A stretch of DNA of 64,000 nucleotides from Trichoplax adhaerens. Lineage: Eukaryota; Animalia; Placozoa. The stretch's first letter is position 1; every line of letters begins with the position of its first letter. The DNA lies in the NCBI RefSeq assembly GCF_000150275.1, contig NW_002060944.1:4406123-4470122 (forward strand), read 5' to 3'. The position numbers and the translations under genes are program-made. Below the pieces are notes generated by a model. The model was not told where the DNA came from and made no database searches. It was given only the letters and a program-made list of their open reading frames with translations. Positions 25,965 through 39,300 of the stretch are shown here, piece by piece.

Positions 25965-28960
25965 ATGACAACTGCTACCAAGCCAATGAATGAAATGGCT
26001 GCTAAATGCAGCTATCGCTTATTCAAGTTGTATTTTATCATCGCTTTAGTCTTAATAACGTCCTCCTATGCTATAGAAAGTCAAGAACAATTCTTTAAAA
26101 GAGGACATACTAATAATTGGGCTGTTTTGGTAAGACGTAAATTGAATGGATAGTGCTCAGCTTTCAGCTGTCTTGCTACAAATCAAACTTTCAGCTTAAA
26201 CGTAAATTCACATTCTAACCAGTACTTACATATTTTCAAGGTGTGTACTTCGCGCTATTGGTTTAACTATCGTCATATTGCAAATACATTATCCATCTAT
26301 CGCAGTGTTAAACGTTTGGGTATTCCAGATAGGTATGTAACACAGTACATACAAGGAACAATTCCAGTCTAGCAAAGCTATTGCAATCGACAGTTCTTTA
26401 ATGTTTTCTTACTCTAGCTGACTACTCAGTCATCAACTTATTGTTTATGCAACGTAAATTAACTTCTGAATTATAATATCAGGTATAGCTAATTTAAATC
26501 GATTAGATGATAGAAATCTTGTCTTACTACAACCTTGATTTGCCTGTGCACTGGTGTAAACTCGTACATACTATCGTATAATTACGTCTACGGAAGGACA
26601 TCTTTCAACATATTCTAGTGTGTTTCCCTACTGTACCCTAATAAATACTTTGTGCGCTTATTTTGTATCGACTAATTGCATTTAAACTTTTTTCTATTAA
26701 ATTATTCTCATATATTAGCCAAATTATCCTCATGCTCGCTGATGATGTTGCTTGTGATCCTAGAAACTCCAAGTCAGGTGCAAATTATGTAGAGCTTGTA
26801 ATAGGATTTTTACTTGGCTAAATTGGACTTGAGCACGATATTATACTTTCTATAAATGTTATTAAATGTTGCACTTGTACAAGTAGATATGTAAGAAATG
26901 AAACATTAATGACTTAGATCATATCTCAAAAAAATTATTGGATGTAATAGACATATTTAAAAGTGCAAGATACTTGAAAATTGATATTTACTATTACCAA
27001 TGTTAAGTAATGTACCATTTCCAATTTTAGTATGAATTTCATGCTATACGAGTATTAGACGCATATACTAGACGCAAAATTGAACATTTGTTAAAGAATT
27101 TATACGTTAGGAAAATAATCGTAACAAAGGTATATTTGCATTATCGGGGTAGGTACTGTATATAATAATGCCAATCAACAGATTAACGTTTATGGGGACG
27201 ACATTGAGGTTGATTATAGAGGCTATGAGGTAAGCCTATCAAATATTTTTTACTCACCAAGATCTGCGTTAATATAGCAAGTCGAAGCTGAGTATACAAT
27301 CCTTCATCCTGTACGTTAGGTCACCGTGGAGAACTTAGTTCGAGTTTTAACCGGTAAATGGCTTTACTACACTTTTAACAACACCGATAATAAAATTTTT
27401 AAATTAGCTGCATGTATTCTTAGCCGCAAATGAATTACCTTATTAATGTACTTATCTATGTTCTTAACGTTATCCTTAAAGGTCGACTGCCTGATAGTGT
27501 ACCTAGATCGAAGAGGCTACTAACAGATGAACGTAGTAATGTATTAGTTTATATGACTGGTCATGGAGGCAATGGATTCTTAAAATTTCAAGATGCCGAA
27601 GAAATCAGTGATGTTGAATTAGCGAACGCATTCGAACAGATGTGGCAAAAACGACGGTAGATAAGATGTGGTGATAGATGAGTTTTTACCCTGTTTAACT
27701 TTTTTTGATTAGTTCAAAAATTTCTACATGCATCCTCAATATAGCTATCATGAAATCTTTTTTGCTATCGATACTTGTCAAGCTGCATCTATGCTTGAAA
27801 AATTTTATTCACCTAACATCTTGGGTGTTGCCAGTAGTCACGTTGGAGAAGACTCTCACTCGGTAATGCCTTTTTACTATCGCTCAATTCATTATATTAT
27901 CCACGGCATTTTATACTATAGTTACAGCATATTAATGAGTATCAACTGTAAACTTTTCAACGTGCGTACTTGTTACTGTTTTGTTTTAATCTAAGCTTGA
28001 TATAACTCATACGAATGAAAAAATTTGATGTAACAAATTTAATTGATCATTTATTATATAGCATCATCATGATCCTGAAATTGGCGTTGCCGTAATTGAT
28101 AGTTGGACATATTATACGCTGTCGTATCTTGAAAGAGTTAAACCAACCAGCAAAGACAAAATGCATTATTTAGTACGTATCACAAGCTCATTTATAGATG
28201 CTACCGGGAGTTTGAGACATAGCTGAAAATTGTTTAGCTAATAATTTACGTTTTCTTTAAAAGCTGCAGTCCTTTGATAGATCTCTGGTAATGTCAACCA
28301 CCAAGATACGAACTGATCTATATAAAAGAGATCTCACTAAGGTTAAATTAATTTAAATAAGCAAAAGTTAATGCCACGATTATTTCGAAAACGGTCATTA
28401 TATAAACCATTTTATACTCTTGGTGTCAATTTGCAGGTTCCCATTACAGATTTCTTTGGAAGTGTTAGAAACATTGAAATTGTAAATGTTTCTGTTAGTG
28501 TCGATGGGAGTAAAGAACTTAGGTAATGAGAATGACGTTGGATAGATACTGTTACTATCTGAACAATGATATTCTTTTTGTTTACTTTTCAGTCAGGACA
28601 TCTTATTAACATCCCAGAACGATCATTACGAAGCAAGGCGACAATATTCTACTCAATTTCCGCTCATCGAAGTAAGTTACTTTTAATCATAGCGCAAGAA
28701 AAGAGATCAAGTTTTAAATTCGAATACTCAAATTACTAATACGCTATACTATGCGAGTATTACGCTCAAATTAGATGTGGATATACAAAGACTCTTAGAT
28801 GGCTGAGTATACCTACCCTATCTTGATTATGATGTTTTAATTTATTCTATAGGCACTATCTTATAATCCATATGAAACAAAGCAAATAGCTTCAGCTATC
28901 TATGTTCTCTTGACTTTATCTATTTTACTGGTGATCAGTATATTGACTACATTTTTATAA
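25965..28960 (+). CDS. PIGK: GPI-anchor transamidase catalytic subunit (GPI8, peptidase C13)
   Basis: Signal peptide, [29 protein letters not shown], catalytic TGHGG and [17 protein letters not shown], and a C-terminal TM helix ending ...ISILTTFL* at 28960; 12 exons. The start could be a slightly downstream ATG. Confidence 0.96.
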
Positions 28961-29751
28961 CTAATTGAAGATAACATAGATTCGAGTAAAATGTGAGTAC
29001 TGCATGCGAAACGAGTGAAAAAGCCTGTTACAAAATATCTCATGTTTATCAGATTTGATATCGAATCTTATGCTTAGGATTATATTCCTCCTAATTGAAA
29101 AAATTGATACACCTACTTTGACTATCGTGCTATATATCTTTTCAAAGCTTTATTCTTTGTTCGATTTTATATTTGATATTCAACTTGATGCTATTATTAT
29201 AAAGATACAAATTGTTATTTCTAATGTATTTGGTACTTATTTTCATCCAAAGAAGCTAAAATTGGCAGTCTATTTACTACTTAAGAAATTTGAACTACTT
29301 CTCATTGATCTAAATTTTTATTTTATCGCAGTGCGATTATAATCTTATACATGTATTGATTATTGTTGAACATGCTACATTTTAAATATGCATGATCATG
29401 GTATTTCGTTAAATATCGTATGTATAAATTGATCCGCGTGATATAAGCCTGTAATAAAGCGTTCATAGCATATGACTGTCCGATGTTAAAAATCATTAAG
29501 ATATTACTACAATAGTTGTAGTATATGCCTAATTGTCCTAACCGTTAGTGAATAATAACTACAGTAGGAAACTTTTGATAGTACATTGTATCTACCACAT
29601 ATTCCATAATTCTCGCAAGTTTCACTGTGTGTACCATGAGTGAGATTTGAATTATTCAATTACCAAATAGTCTATTTATGAAATGTAAACAGTTTATTTC
29701 TTGTTTTAACACTAGTAAAATAGAATTAGTGAATATATATAAGCAATCATT

Positions 29752-32700
29752 CTAATAACTGTATTGGGGGTTATTATTTTCGGTAGCAGAATGGAGCAAC
29801 TGTGTTGAATCGTTAAGGGTAAATTGTTGGTCATTGTACTGATCTGATGGAAGGATATTGTAAACAGCTGCATTTGTTGTCATATTGGGCATAACTTGCG
29901 TATTATGACAATGATTTCTAGAATTAACGTTATTATTCTGTTGGGATCGAAAGCTATTCCATTGTGAATTAATTTCCATTAGTTTTTGATTGTCTTGTTC
30001 GTATTGAGATGTATCCACTAATTGGCTAGGGTCAGCGATAGCTTGTGGATGTTGACTACATGATGAAAAACTTTCTGTTTTGGTTATGGGTGGTGACGAG
30101 TAAAGGTTTTGCTGGTAAAATGATTGTGAATAGTTTACTGATTTTGTAGTCTTGTCCACCATTTGTTCTGATCTTTCTTGCGGTTTACAAGATTTTCTAG
30201 GTTGGCCATGTTTTCTCCACCACTGTTTTAATCCGTGTTGTGGAGGCTCCCGACTACCTCCAGTTTTCTTCATCTGTTCGTTTACACGACTAATTGTACT
30301 ATGGCTACATCCTAAAGAATAATAATACAGAGATCATAAGTGATGAAGACTCGAAAATTTTACGCTACCGTGTTGATTTTTTGACTTGTTATTGACGCTT
30401 GATGACTAGGCCAATACAAATTACTAAACTACAGGCATTGGCATTTACCTGTTATCCATGATATAAATCGATAGCAATTTGTTCTACTTCCTCCAGCTGG
30501 CGTTAACATTTCAGCTAAGACGCGTCTTGCTTCTTCTTGTCCAGACGTTGCTCGTTCTCGCCATTCTTCTAGTAATTTAGCATGAGTTTTAGCAATCTAC
30601 AACAGAATTAAGATCATGTCCCTTATAAGATCTTTCAGTTCAGTCGATCTCTTATTTTTCATAAAATCAGGCTCGTTACTGTTATGTACTATAGGTATTA
30701 TTATCATACTTTACGAGAAAAATCCATTAATTTCTTGTACCTTAATGCAGTTGTCAATGCAACAATTTTCATTAGCTAAATCTTGAATGGGCTTTAATTT
30801 TCCTAAAGCAGCTTTTCCTTTCCTTCGTGTTATTCTTGAACGTTGCTGATAAAAACATCGATAAAAAGTAATTATCGTCATGTTCAAAATACAATATTCT
30901 TTATAATAAATGATATATTAATTGCTTTGGCTTACGTTAGGATCTGTTTTTAATTTCTTATGTAAGAAATTGTTGGAATAAATTAAGATTTTCTGTGTTG
31001 CTCGTTCGCATAGGTTGTATTCTTCCCGTAAAATTTTACGTTGGGTTAACACAAATTCTTCAAATGCTTTAGATTTTCGATGTCCATTTCCAAGACCGAC
31101 TTTACTAAATTTTCAAGAAGACGTACACAAATTATCCCGAGTCAGACATGCAATAGATGTTTGTACCTATTTTATACATGTCATGTTATTATGTTATGAA
31201 AAAGCAAATTAGTGTTGTCGTCTTACATCTTTGATTTGGTGGAATTAATATTGATCCCGTTACTGTTTGGGAAACCATAGCACTTTTGTTGGCGTAAAAT
31301 TTTAGCTTGTTTAATTAAATGAAGTAATTGGCGTACACGAGTTTCTGATTCATTTTGACTTTGATCGGTAATATATTTTTGGAGACAGCCACATCCATGC
31401 TTTTTAAAGTTGGGGCAACTTAATCTTTCCGCTATAATATAAAATTTTACTTAGGATTACTGTGAATGTCTGCTAAATTTAAGTCTATTTTATGAGAAAT
31501 GATTTTAAATTTTATCTAAGACCTTATGCTTCTTATAAGATACTTGTAATTTTAAAGATTCTGTAATATTGTCTATCGTTGGATTAAGAGTTGAAACATT
31601 GAAATGATGACACTAAATTACTAAACGTACCATCTTGATCACCAAACTTCTCAATTAAGCGCGAAGTAAATTGTTTAGCTTCTTTTAGATATTCTAATTT
31701 CATTTCTAATGATGGTGGCGATGGATTCGGTTTTGCTTTTTTACTCCGACTAAACGCCAAACCTGTAATATCACATCATTCGATGCAGTAATCATTAGTA
31801 TCTTATTACATTAAATCAAATGAGAAATTCACTTCTACCTAAACTATAATTTATAGTAATATAAGATGTACATTTTGATGTAATTCATTAAGAATAAATT
31901 TTTAATGTTTATTACAAATGCTTATCTAAATAGGAGGATAAAGTAGAAGCTTACCACAGGCGTTGCATAATGTTAATATTTTATTGGTTTGCGGGTCCAA
32001 CTTCCGCCTGGGACATGCCATGTGCTTGGATTTTTTCTTTCGATTACCGCGTCGATTTGGGTCAACAACGTAGGGCGAACCGCACTTATCACAGCGGAAA
32101 GATTGGCCAAGCGCTGACATCTCAATAGGACTATGCTGATCCATGTTAACTAGCAAACTAGTTGATTGAATCAATTCGTTATCATTATTATGATCATTAT
32201 CATTATCGTTATCATCATCCTCGTCATCATCATCATCGTCATCTTCATCGTCTTCATTTCCTCCACTATTATCGTCCATATCATCTTCATCGTCGTCTTC
32301 GCCATCATCATCGTTACCATAATTACGGTTATTATAGCATGAATAAGACAAAGTATCAGCTTGATATGATTCTGCTGATTTAGTATAATAATATTGATGG
32401 AGGCCCATGTTCTGATTAGATGTAGAGACTTCGATATCATTAGAGGGAAGCGGTGTCTACATAATCCAAGATACGATATGATTTACAGTATGATCGTTGA
32501 TATGATAGCAAATGTAATAGTTAAATCTATCTTTGCGATAGTAGAGATGCAACTTTGGAGAAGAGACTAATGGCAGTGTTAAAATTGAATTCATTTATAT
32601 AATATTACGCATTTATCAAATATAAATATATCAGTATGTTGATTGTAGTTACTGTCGCTATATACTGTACTATTATAAGCCTGAATGGCGAACTACGGAA

Positions 32701-33358
32701 CTGTCCAGGCGAAAAGAGGTATATAATCAATTTTTTATCTTCAATAGTTGTTGAATTTGCTGCAATATTTTAATTTTTATTCATTCATGTTAGCTTACGA
32801 TATAATCGTTTTGATTAAGTACTTCTTCCTGTCTTTCTGGTAGCGTGATATTTGATTGATTAGGAATTATTTCTAATCCCTGACAATTACCATATGGATA
32901 TAATTGATTATACTGCTGTTGCCCTGGATTATTATCGTACATGATTACATTGCTATTTACAGTTATTGGCCTTGGAAAAGTGTAGCTATAAGCATCTTTC
33001 AGATTCTTTTGCCCGCTAATTTAAAAAATACAAATATTAAGTTTGATTCATGACAATATCTTCTTCTTTTGAAAAATGTAACCATCGAAGTTTTATTTAC
33101 GCACAAACTTTACTGAAATATGTAATGTGAAATAGATATTATAAAGACTCATGGTAACATCTTACTGCTTTAAAAAACTAACTATTATACTTATAGGATA
33201 GATTCATATCTTTAAAGTATACTGCAATATTTATTCTACTGTAAAGTAATTATATAATATAGCGATATATCAAATTTGTCCTACCTAGATGTTACTTCAG
33301 CGTCGGCTGGAAAATATGGATTTGATTTAGCATAGAAGCAGTTATTTTGATGAGCCAT
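29752..33358 (-). CDS. Uncharacterised 703-aa protein: acidic tract, atypical GATA-like Zn finger, two Cys-rich/HTH-like modules, Q/N/S-rich tail; putative transcription regulator
   Basis: Nine phase-compatible exons: 33285-33358, 32799-33015, 31955-32456, 31631-31762, 31227-31431, 30936-31104, 30741-30845, 30449-30596, 29752-30311 (2112 nt). Contains FRCDKC...TLCNACGLAF, SCPNFKKHGCGCLQKY, LCERATQKILIYSNNFL, NCCIDNCIK, and NCYRFISWITGCSHSTISRV...PPQHGLKQWW. The first exon and start codon are less certain than the rest. Confidence 0.85.
32176..32313 (-). repeat. Coding GAY/GAR/AAY trinucleotide-rich tract encoding poly-Asp/Glu/Asn
   Basis: DDDGEDDDEDDMDDNSGGNEDDEDDDDDDDEDDDNDNDNDHNNDNE in exon 3 of the uncharacterised gene. 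Confidence 0.9.
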
Positions 33359-36300
33359 AGCCAGATTTGGAAGTTATCGTATTTTAAACAATCTTTGATC
33401 GAAGTTGATTGCTTACTTCTGTCGATAATAATAATTTGAATGCTTATTAAAATGAGGCTTTATCTGCTTAATTAACTTAACTTCACTTAATGGCATTATT
33501 GACATTTTTTTATTATCTTATAATATCTAAGGCACATCTGTGCATAAAATGTTAATCCGAATAGATTTATTATTCACTTCCGAGCTAATTCGATAACAGA
33601 TTTAAGCTGATTATCCCCAAATTTTCTTATAGTTTTTAATTTAATTTTATCCTTTACTAACTTTCTAATTAGCTTAAGATAAGAAAGATCACCAATGTAC
33701 AATAATAATGTTCATTTTATATTAATTATAGACAAAGAGCGTTTAGTATCTATTTTATGTATGTTAGTCTCCACTAAAAATGGCAAAATCGAACCTCTTA
33801 CCAATAAATTATTATAGTAATCTGAAGTACTGAAATGAGATTAGGAATAACTAAATGCCATTTATCTTTTCTGATTGATAATATTACGATAGGAATGATT
33901 ATTAAGACGCTCTTCATTTCTTTTTTTAACTCGGGAAGTATTAATATAATTATATATGGCGGATTTATACCGGTAATTTGGTTAATTTAAAAAGTTAATG
34001 AATTTCTGCTCGTAAAACTAAAATTTAGATTTAAAACTGACCCAAGTCGATGATGTTGATAGAAAAGGAAATGAAATTACTTTATTAGTACTGATTATAT
34101 ACATCTTGTCTGATCATATTTTTAAGATAAATTTTCTAGTATGGTCGAGGCTACGGAGCTGCAATAACTTGTGATTGATAGAAAGATAGATATACGAAAA
34201 TATTGATTTTTGACTTTAGATTTGAATTTCTATCTAGCAATAATTCACCGTATTTTCATAGCGCTGATGATTATACTGATTAAATGCGACATTTTAAATG
34301 ATACTATTAAGAATTTATTGCTACTGAAACTATTTTAGTTTATAAGTGGAAGCAACTTAAGTTCCTATTCTTAGTAGAACAGCAGCTTATGCGCGCAATA
34401 ATTATTTGAAAATTGTATCTTGTAATACGCAGATATGATCTATTAATACCTATTTACTTCAAAACAGATATAAGGAATGCTGTATTTACCAGAAATCTTG
34501 GATCCAATAGAACTTACTTAGTATAGTTACACTGATTAATAAGTAAGTATCCCTGTTTCTTTATAAATACAGTGTTTACAGTATGCTATAGATACATGTA
34601 TGATTGCAATAATAGCTTTTTGGGGCCTTTCCGTATGAATTAAATGCAGATTAAATCTTCACCATTATAATTAATGATTATAATAATAGACTTATATAAT
34701 GATAACTAAGGTAGAAAATTGTTTAACTAATTATTTAACTACTAAATTTTAGATATTAAAATGTTAATAAAGAAAGACAATATATTCAAATATTTATATC
34801 TTAATTTATAATAGATTAGCACTCAATTAATACATTATTTCCTGTCCATGATACGGAACGATGATTGTAAATAGTCATATATATAACCTAGTATTGATTA
34901 TTTATTCAATACCGGTAGTAAAAATTGATGGGTCTCTAGGTCAATTTAATGTACTATATTAAATCTTCACTCTCAGATATTATAATTATAATTAATTGAT
35001 TCATTAATGATGCAAAGGTATTCAATTATTTTATTATCCATAGTTTGTAAATTTTGAAACTACAGTAATAATGACAATATGTCATGGATTATTGCATGTT
35101 TCGTAATTAGGAATGAATTTTATACTTTGTAAATATGTTATTTACTCGAATGTGACTACTGATTGTTTTTATCTTGACTTAGATCAGATTTTGCCCTTAA
35201 TGTCATTTTCCTAGCAAAATAATATTTATGATTATGCTCAGATGAAGTAAATTTAGTTTCATATTTCTAGAGGTAAAGCAAAACTAAAGACTGGACCTAA
35301 TGTCATTTCATATCTATCAAAGATAGTATCATTAATATAAAATTATTAGATGTTTATATGTTGAGTAAAAGCAGGCCTTTTTGGTAAATAAATATGTCAT
35401 CTTTTTTCGGAAAAAATATTGTTTATTATTGCGGTTTGAATAATTAGATAACGTTAATTTGTTTGCGAAAATAGTTATAAAATTAAGTAACTTGAATTTA
35501 GGAAACTAATAGGCGGTATAATTACTGTAAAAGGAAAGATAACTAATCAAAGGCTAAACTTTATTACTTCAAAGTTCATCTAGTAACTGTACTTGTTCTA
35601 TTATGATCATCAATCAGGGTATTAGAAATAGCTGTCGAGGAAAACTACGGTTCGATTCTAATGGATACCTAAATAACTATCCCAAGATCGGTAGTCGAGT
35701 AGTAATATACCTGCAGCCTTTGAATTTCGAGGAAAAAGGTGTGGAATGTGGGATTCTAAGATGGGACCTGAATGATTTTGGAAAATAGAAGAAAAATTAA
35801 ATTATAGGTTAAGCTACTACTCCATATTGAATGAAGCTACTCTTAATACTAAATATCAGCCAACTATTATCGGATTTCTACACGTAGCAGTTTTTATGGA
35901 ATTAATAATCTCTTATCAAAGGTTGCTTAATAGTTATGGCTCATTAGATATTGGGAAACTATTTACGTTAACCTAGCGATATTTCTTAACTCTGTTATAA
36001 ATCTAAGGATTGCGTATATTGTAGTCACAAACACGTAGAGATATTGTCTGCTAAATTATGATCATATCAACAAAATTTTACTATTAGGGATTTGTCTTGA
36101 TGCCATGCTTAGACATCATTCTCCATGTTTTTATTTACTAAGTTAAGACGACATTAAATAAACTCTTAGGAAGTAATGAGACTAATCTAAGAATGAAAAA
36201 ATATAGCAGACCTTCGATTTTGCAATCTTAAATATGATCGCAATTTAGCGCTTTTTTAACTGCAATAAAATTATAGCAAGGCATAAATAACTGTATGCAG

Positions 36301-39300
36301 ATTTGCTTTGGACATTAGGTATCCTTTATCTCTTAGCTAGAGGATGCTAATGAAATTTTACTAGTAATATTCATTTAATATTCTTAAATTTTAATAGCAG
36401 GTCTTTTATATTATTGCTAGCTATTGGTATTTTTAAGTTAGACATCAAATTCTATGAGATACATGGTTACATTCTCCATCGAAAACCTTAGTAAGTAAAT
36501 AGTTTGCTTTACCTTTTCACTAGATTAAAAAGACCACAGTTTCTGAAAATTGATGATCCTAGACAAAAATTGAGATATCAAATTAGTCAAAGAATTAGAA
36601 AAAAGGCCTAAAAATTTCATACTCAATGACGAATATAATGCAAATACCAGCAAAACCCCAAGACTATTTAAAAATACTGATAAAGAAATAAGAAAAGAGA
36701 TCCGTTACCATTTACCTTAGAGTTATGTAATAATATCACGTATCACTTTACTTGCAAATTGGAAAGTGAGTGAGTAAGTAAGAGATAGAAGCAAGGTAAG
36801 CTAGGAATATTTTACCGAATAAAATGAGAATTGAATCATTTAAATAGCTTTTGGTGATGCTACCAGTTACGGTATCTTCTCTACTCATTATTTAAGCCGT
36901 CATGAAAGGGTGATGTGATGTCAGTAATAAATAAATAACGTATAATTAACTCAATCATCAACAACTAGTGCTGTCAACGAGGAATAATTGAAGACAATCA
37001 CAGATTGATATAAAGATACTAGATTAGCAAGATAAAATAAATATCTATAGTGTAAGATGGTAATCGATTTTTTATTATCATCATGTTGATTGATAATATG
37101 TCTGTTGTCAATCTTAGAGACAGGTGGGTAAAATAAAGCCAATCACAAGGGAATGATAAATGAAAATTAACTGTAGATAAGTTGCGATAATTCAATTATT
37201 TTCCAATTTGACAAGATAAAAAATCAATAATAGTATTGTTGTTCAACCTTGATAGCGGAAAAGGTAAGATTTGTATTGATCTTTTATGATAGAATAAGAC
37301 CATCATCGATGAAATTACTAATATTTTATACTTTTATCCTATGACTACGGGCCATATTTGGATATGATCCGGCCTATATTCAGTATTACATCCGAACATC
37401 TTTATTTGTTTTATGTCTATTTGATCTTTGTACAGCAAATATTGAAACTAAATATCAAGATGATATTTATTCATATTTATCCTCTTGATGGTAGAATGCT
37501 ATCCGTTACATGTACATTTAGTTCGCTATTTATTTTACTGCATTTTCGGTTTGTTCATTTATATATTTAGAACATACATTCAGTTATTTTAATTCGCACT
37601 TATACGGCTTAGTTGTCGGAATGTCATCAATTACGATCATATATTGTTCGGATATACTGATATAAATTGTTTTTCCACGAGTACGATAGTTATCCAAAAA
37701 TACTAATCTTTCTTACGTGTCATATGCACAGCTTATCTGATAATACCGGTCAAATCAGTCTTCTATTTTATTTTACCCTTTCATATGTAGAGAAAATCAA
37801 AGTTTATACTTTTCATCTTAATGCTTTTCTGACGAACAATTGAACTGCTATAGTATCCACATGCATATACATAGATAGAATATAAGAGACCAAAAAAATA
37901 TTTAATCCTAACAAAGCTATAATTATTCCTTCGAATCACACTCCTGACTAATTATTGATATTGGCAATAATTTTCAATCACTACTAGTATCAAATTGTAG
38001 CTGAAATAGGTATAGAATTAATGATTATATTATATTTTTCCTCTTTTTTTATGCCTTGAAGTAGGTATTGAATAGCGGGTAAAAGAATACAACCCTAGCT
38101 AAAAAGGAATGAAAATAAATAGGATAAGAATTGAAACTTGACTAGTTGGTTTCATTCCTCTTTTGTAGTCAAAAATTGATTGCAGTAGCTCTATTTCGAA
38201 TGAAATTACGAAGATAGTCGAGTTATTACAAAAGAGATTAATATTTTACGAATCCAGTAGGATTCGAAAATAGGAAAATCTTGCCAGATACCGTTCGATA
38301 TACTTTTACATTAATGATTTCTTTTCGATACATACTAGCATTCATTTGGATAAACTGATAGCAATGGCATTGATTGACTAAAGATTGGATACGGAGCTAC
38401 AGAATTTCAGTTGATGATCCTTTGAGCAACGTTACTAAAAATTCCTGTCGTTGTCTAAAGTATATTTGCGATTGAAGAAACATGGCTCTTGCTTAGGAAT
38501 ATTGTGCAAATAAGAAAAGTCTGCAGAACATGAAGTGAGCTAAATCTAATTTTTATAAGAATCGTTTTATCTAATATTTCTTTGATTAGATTGCCTAGTT
38601 AATATTAAATATGAGTAAGCTTATCGATTTAAATTTAATCTCTCCTTCTATAACTAAATTCTATTAGTATTTGGACCAAGATATTTGATGTATCCAATAA
38701 TTTTACGTCTTAATATCTTATTCTTTCAGATTGTCTAGATATACAAAAGTGGAAGGGAGATAAATTTTCATGATACGTTAATTATTTCTAGATTTTATTT
38801 TCTATGGTATAATATCGCATATGATTATAGTCCATTTAGATTTAATTACGTAACAGATAAAGATAGAATGACTGCATTGAAAATTTGGGAGAAAATTTAT
38901 CGAAAGAAGATCAGGAGAAATGAGACTTTGATGTATTGACATGCATCTAATTTTAATTTATCGTAATATTTGCTTAAATGGTATTATAAATCCTTCATCT
39001 AACATCTAAAATAAATTATCGGAAGGCATGTAATAATATGAATGCTAAGAAATCATTATTAATCATTATTGAAATTTAGTATTTATAGGACAGTTATTAA
39101 ATGTATTGAAGGTATTGTAAATTTTAAGGTTAAAAGCTGAGTACTAGTTGTGATTTATCACCGAATAATTTCTTTATCATTTAAATTTTGCATATTTGTT
39201 CACGAATTACCGCGAAATGATTTATTAGTTGTCATTGCCATCGGATCAGCAAAATCGTGAACGAAAATACTTATAAATGAGGGCTGACCAAGAGTTGATT

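Noticed and set aside
29055-29342. 95-aa hydrophobic ORF downstream of PIGK
   Set aside because: AT-rich I/L/F-biased frame in the convergent 3'UTR region with a non-ATG start; no motif support.
32162-32440. His/Arg-rich (+) and Met/Thr-rich (-) ORFs
   Set aside because: Antisense and alternate-frame shadows of the poly-Asp coding tract.
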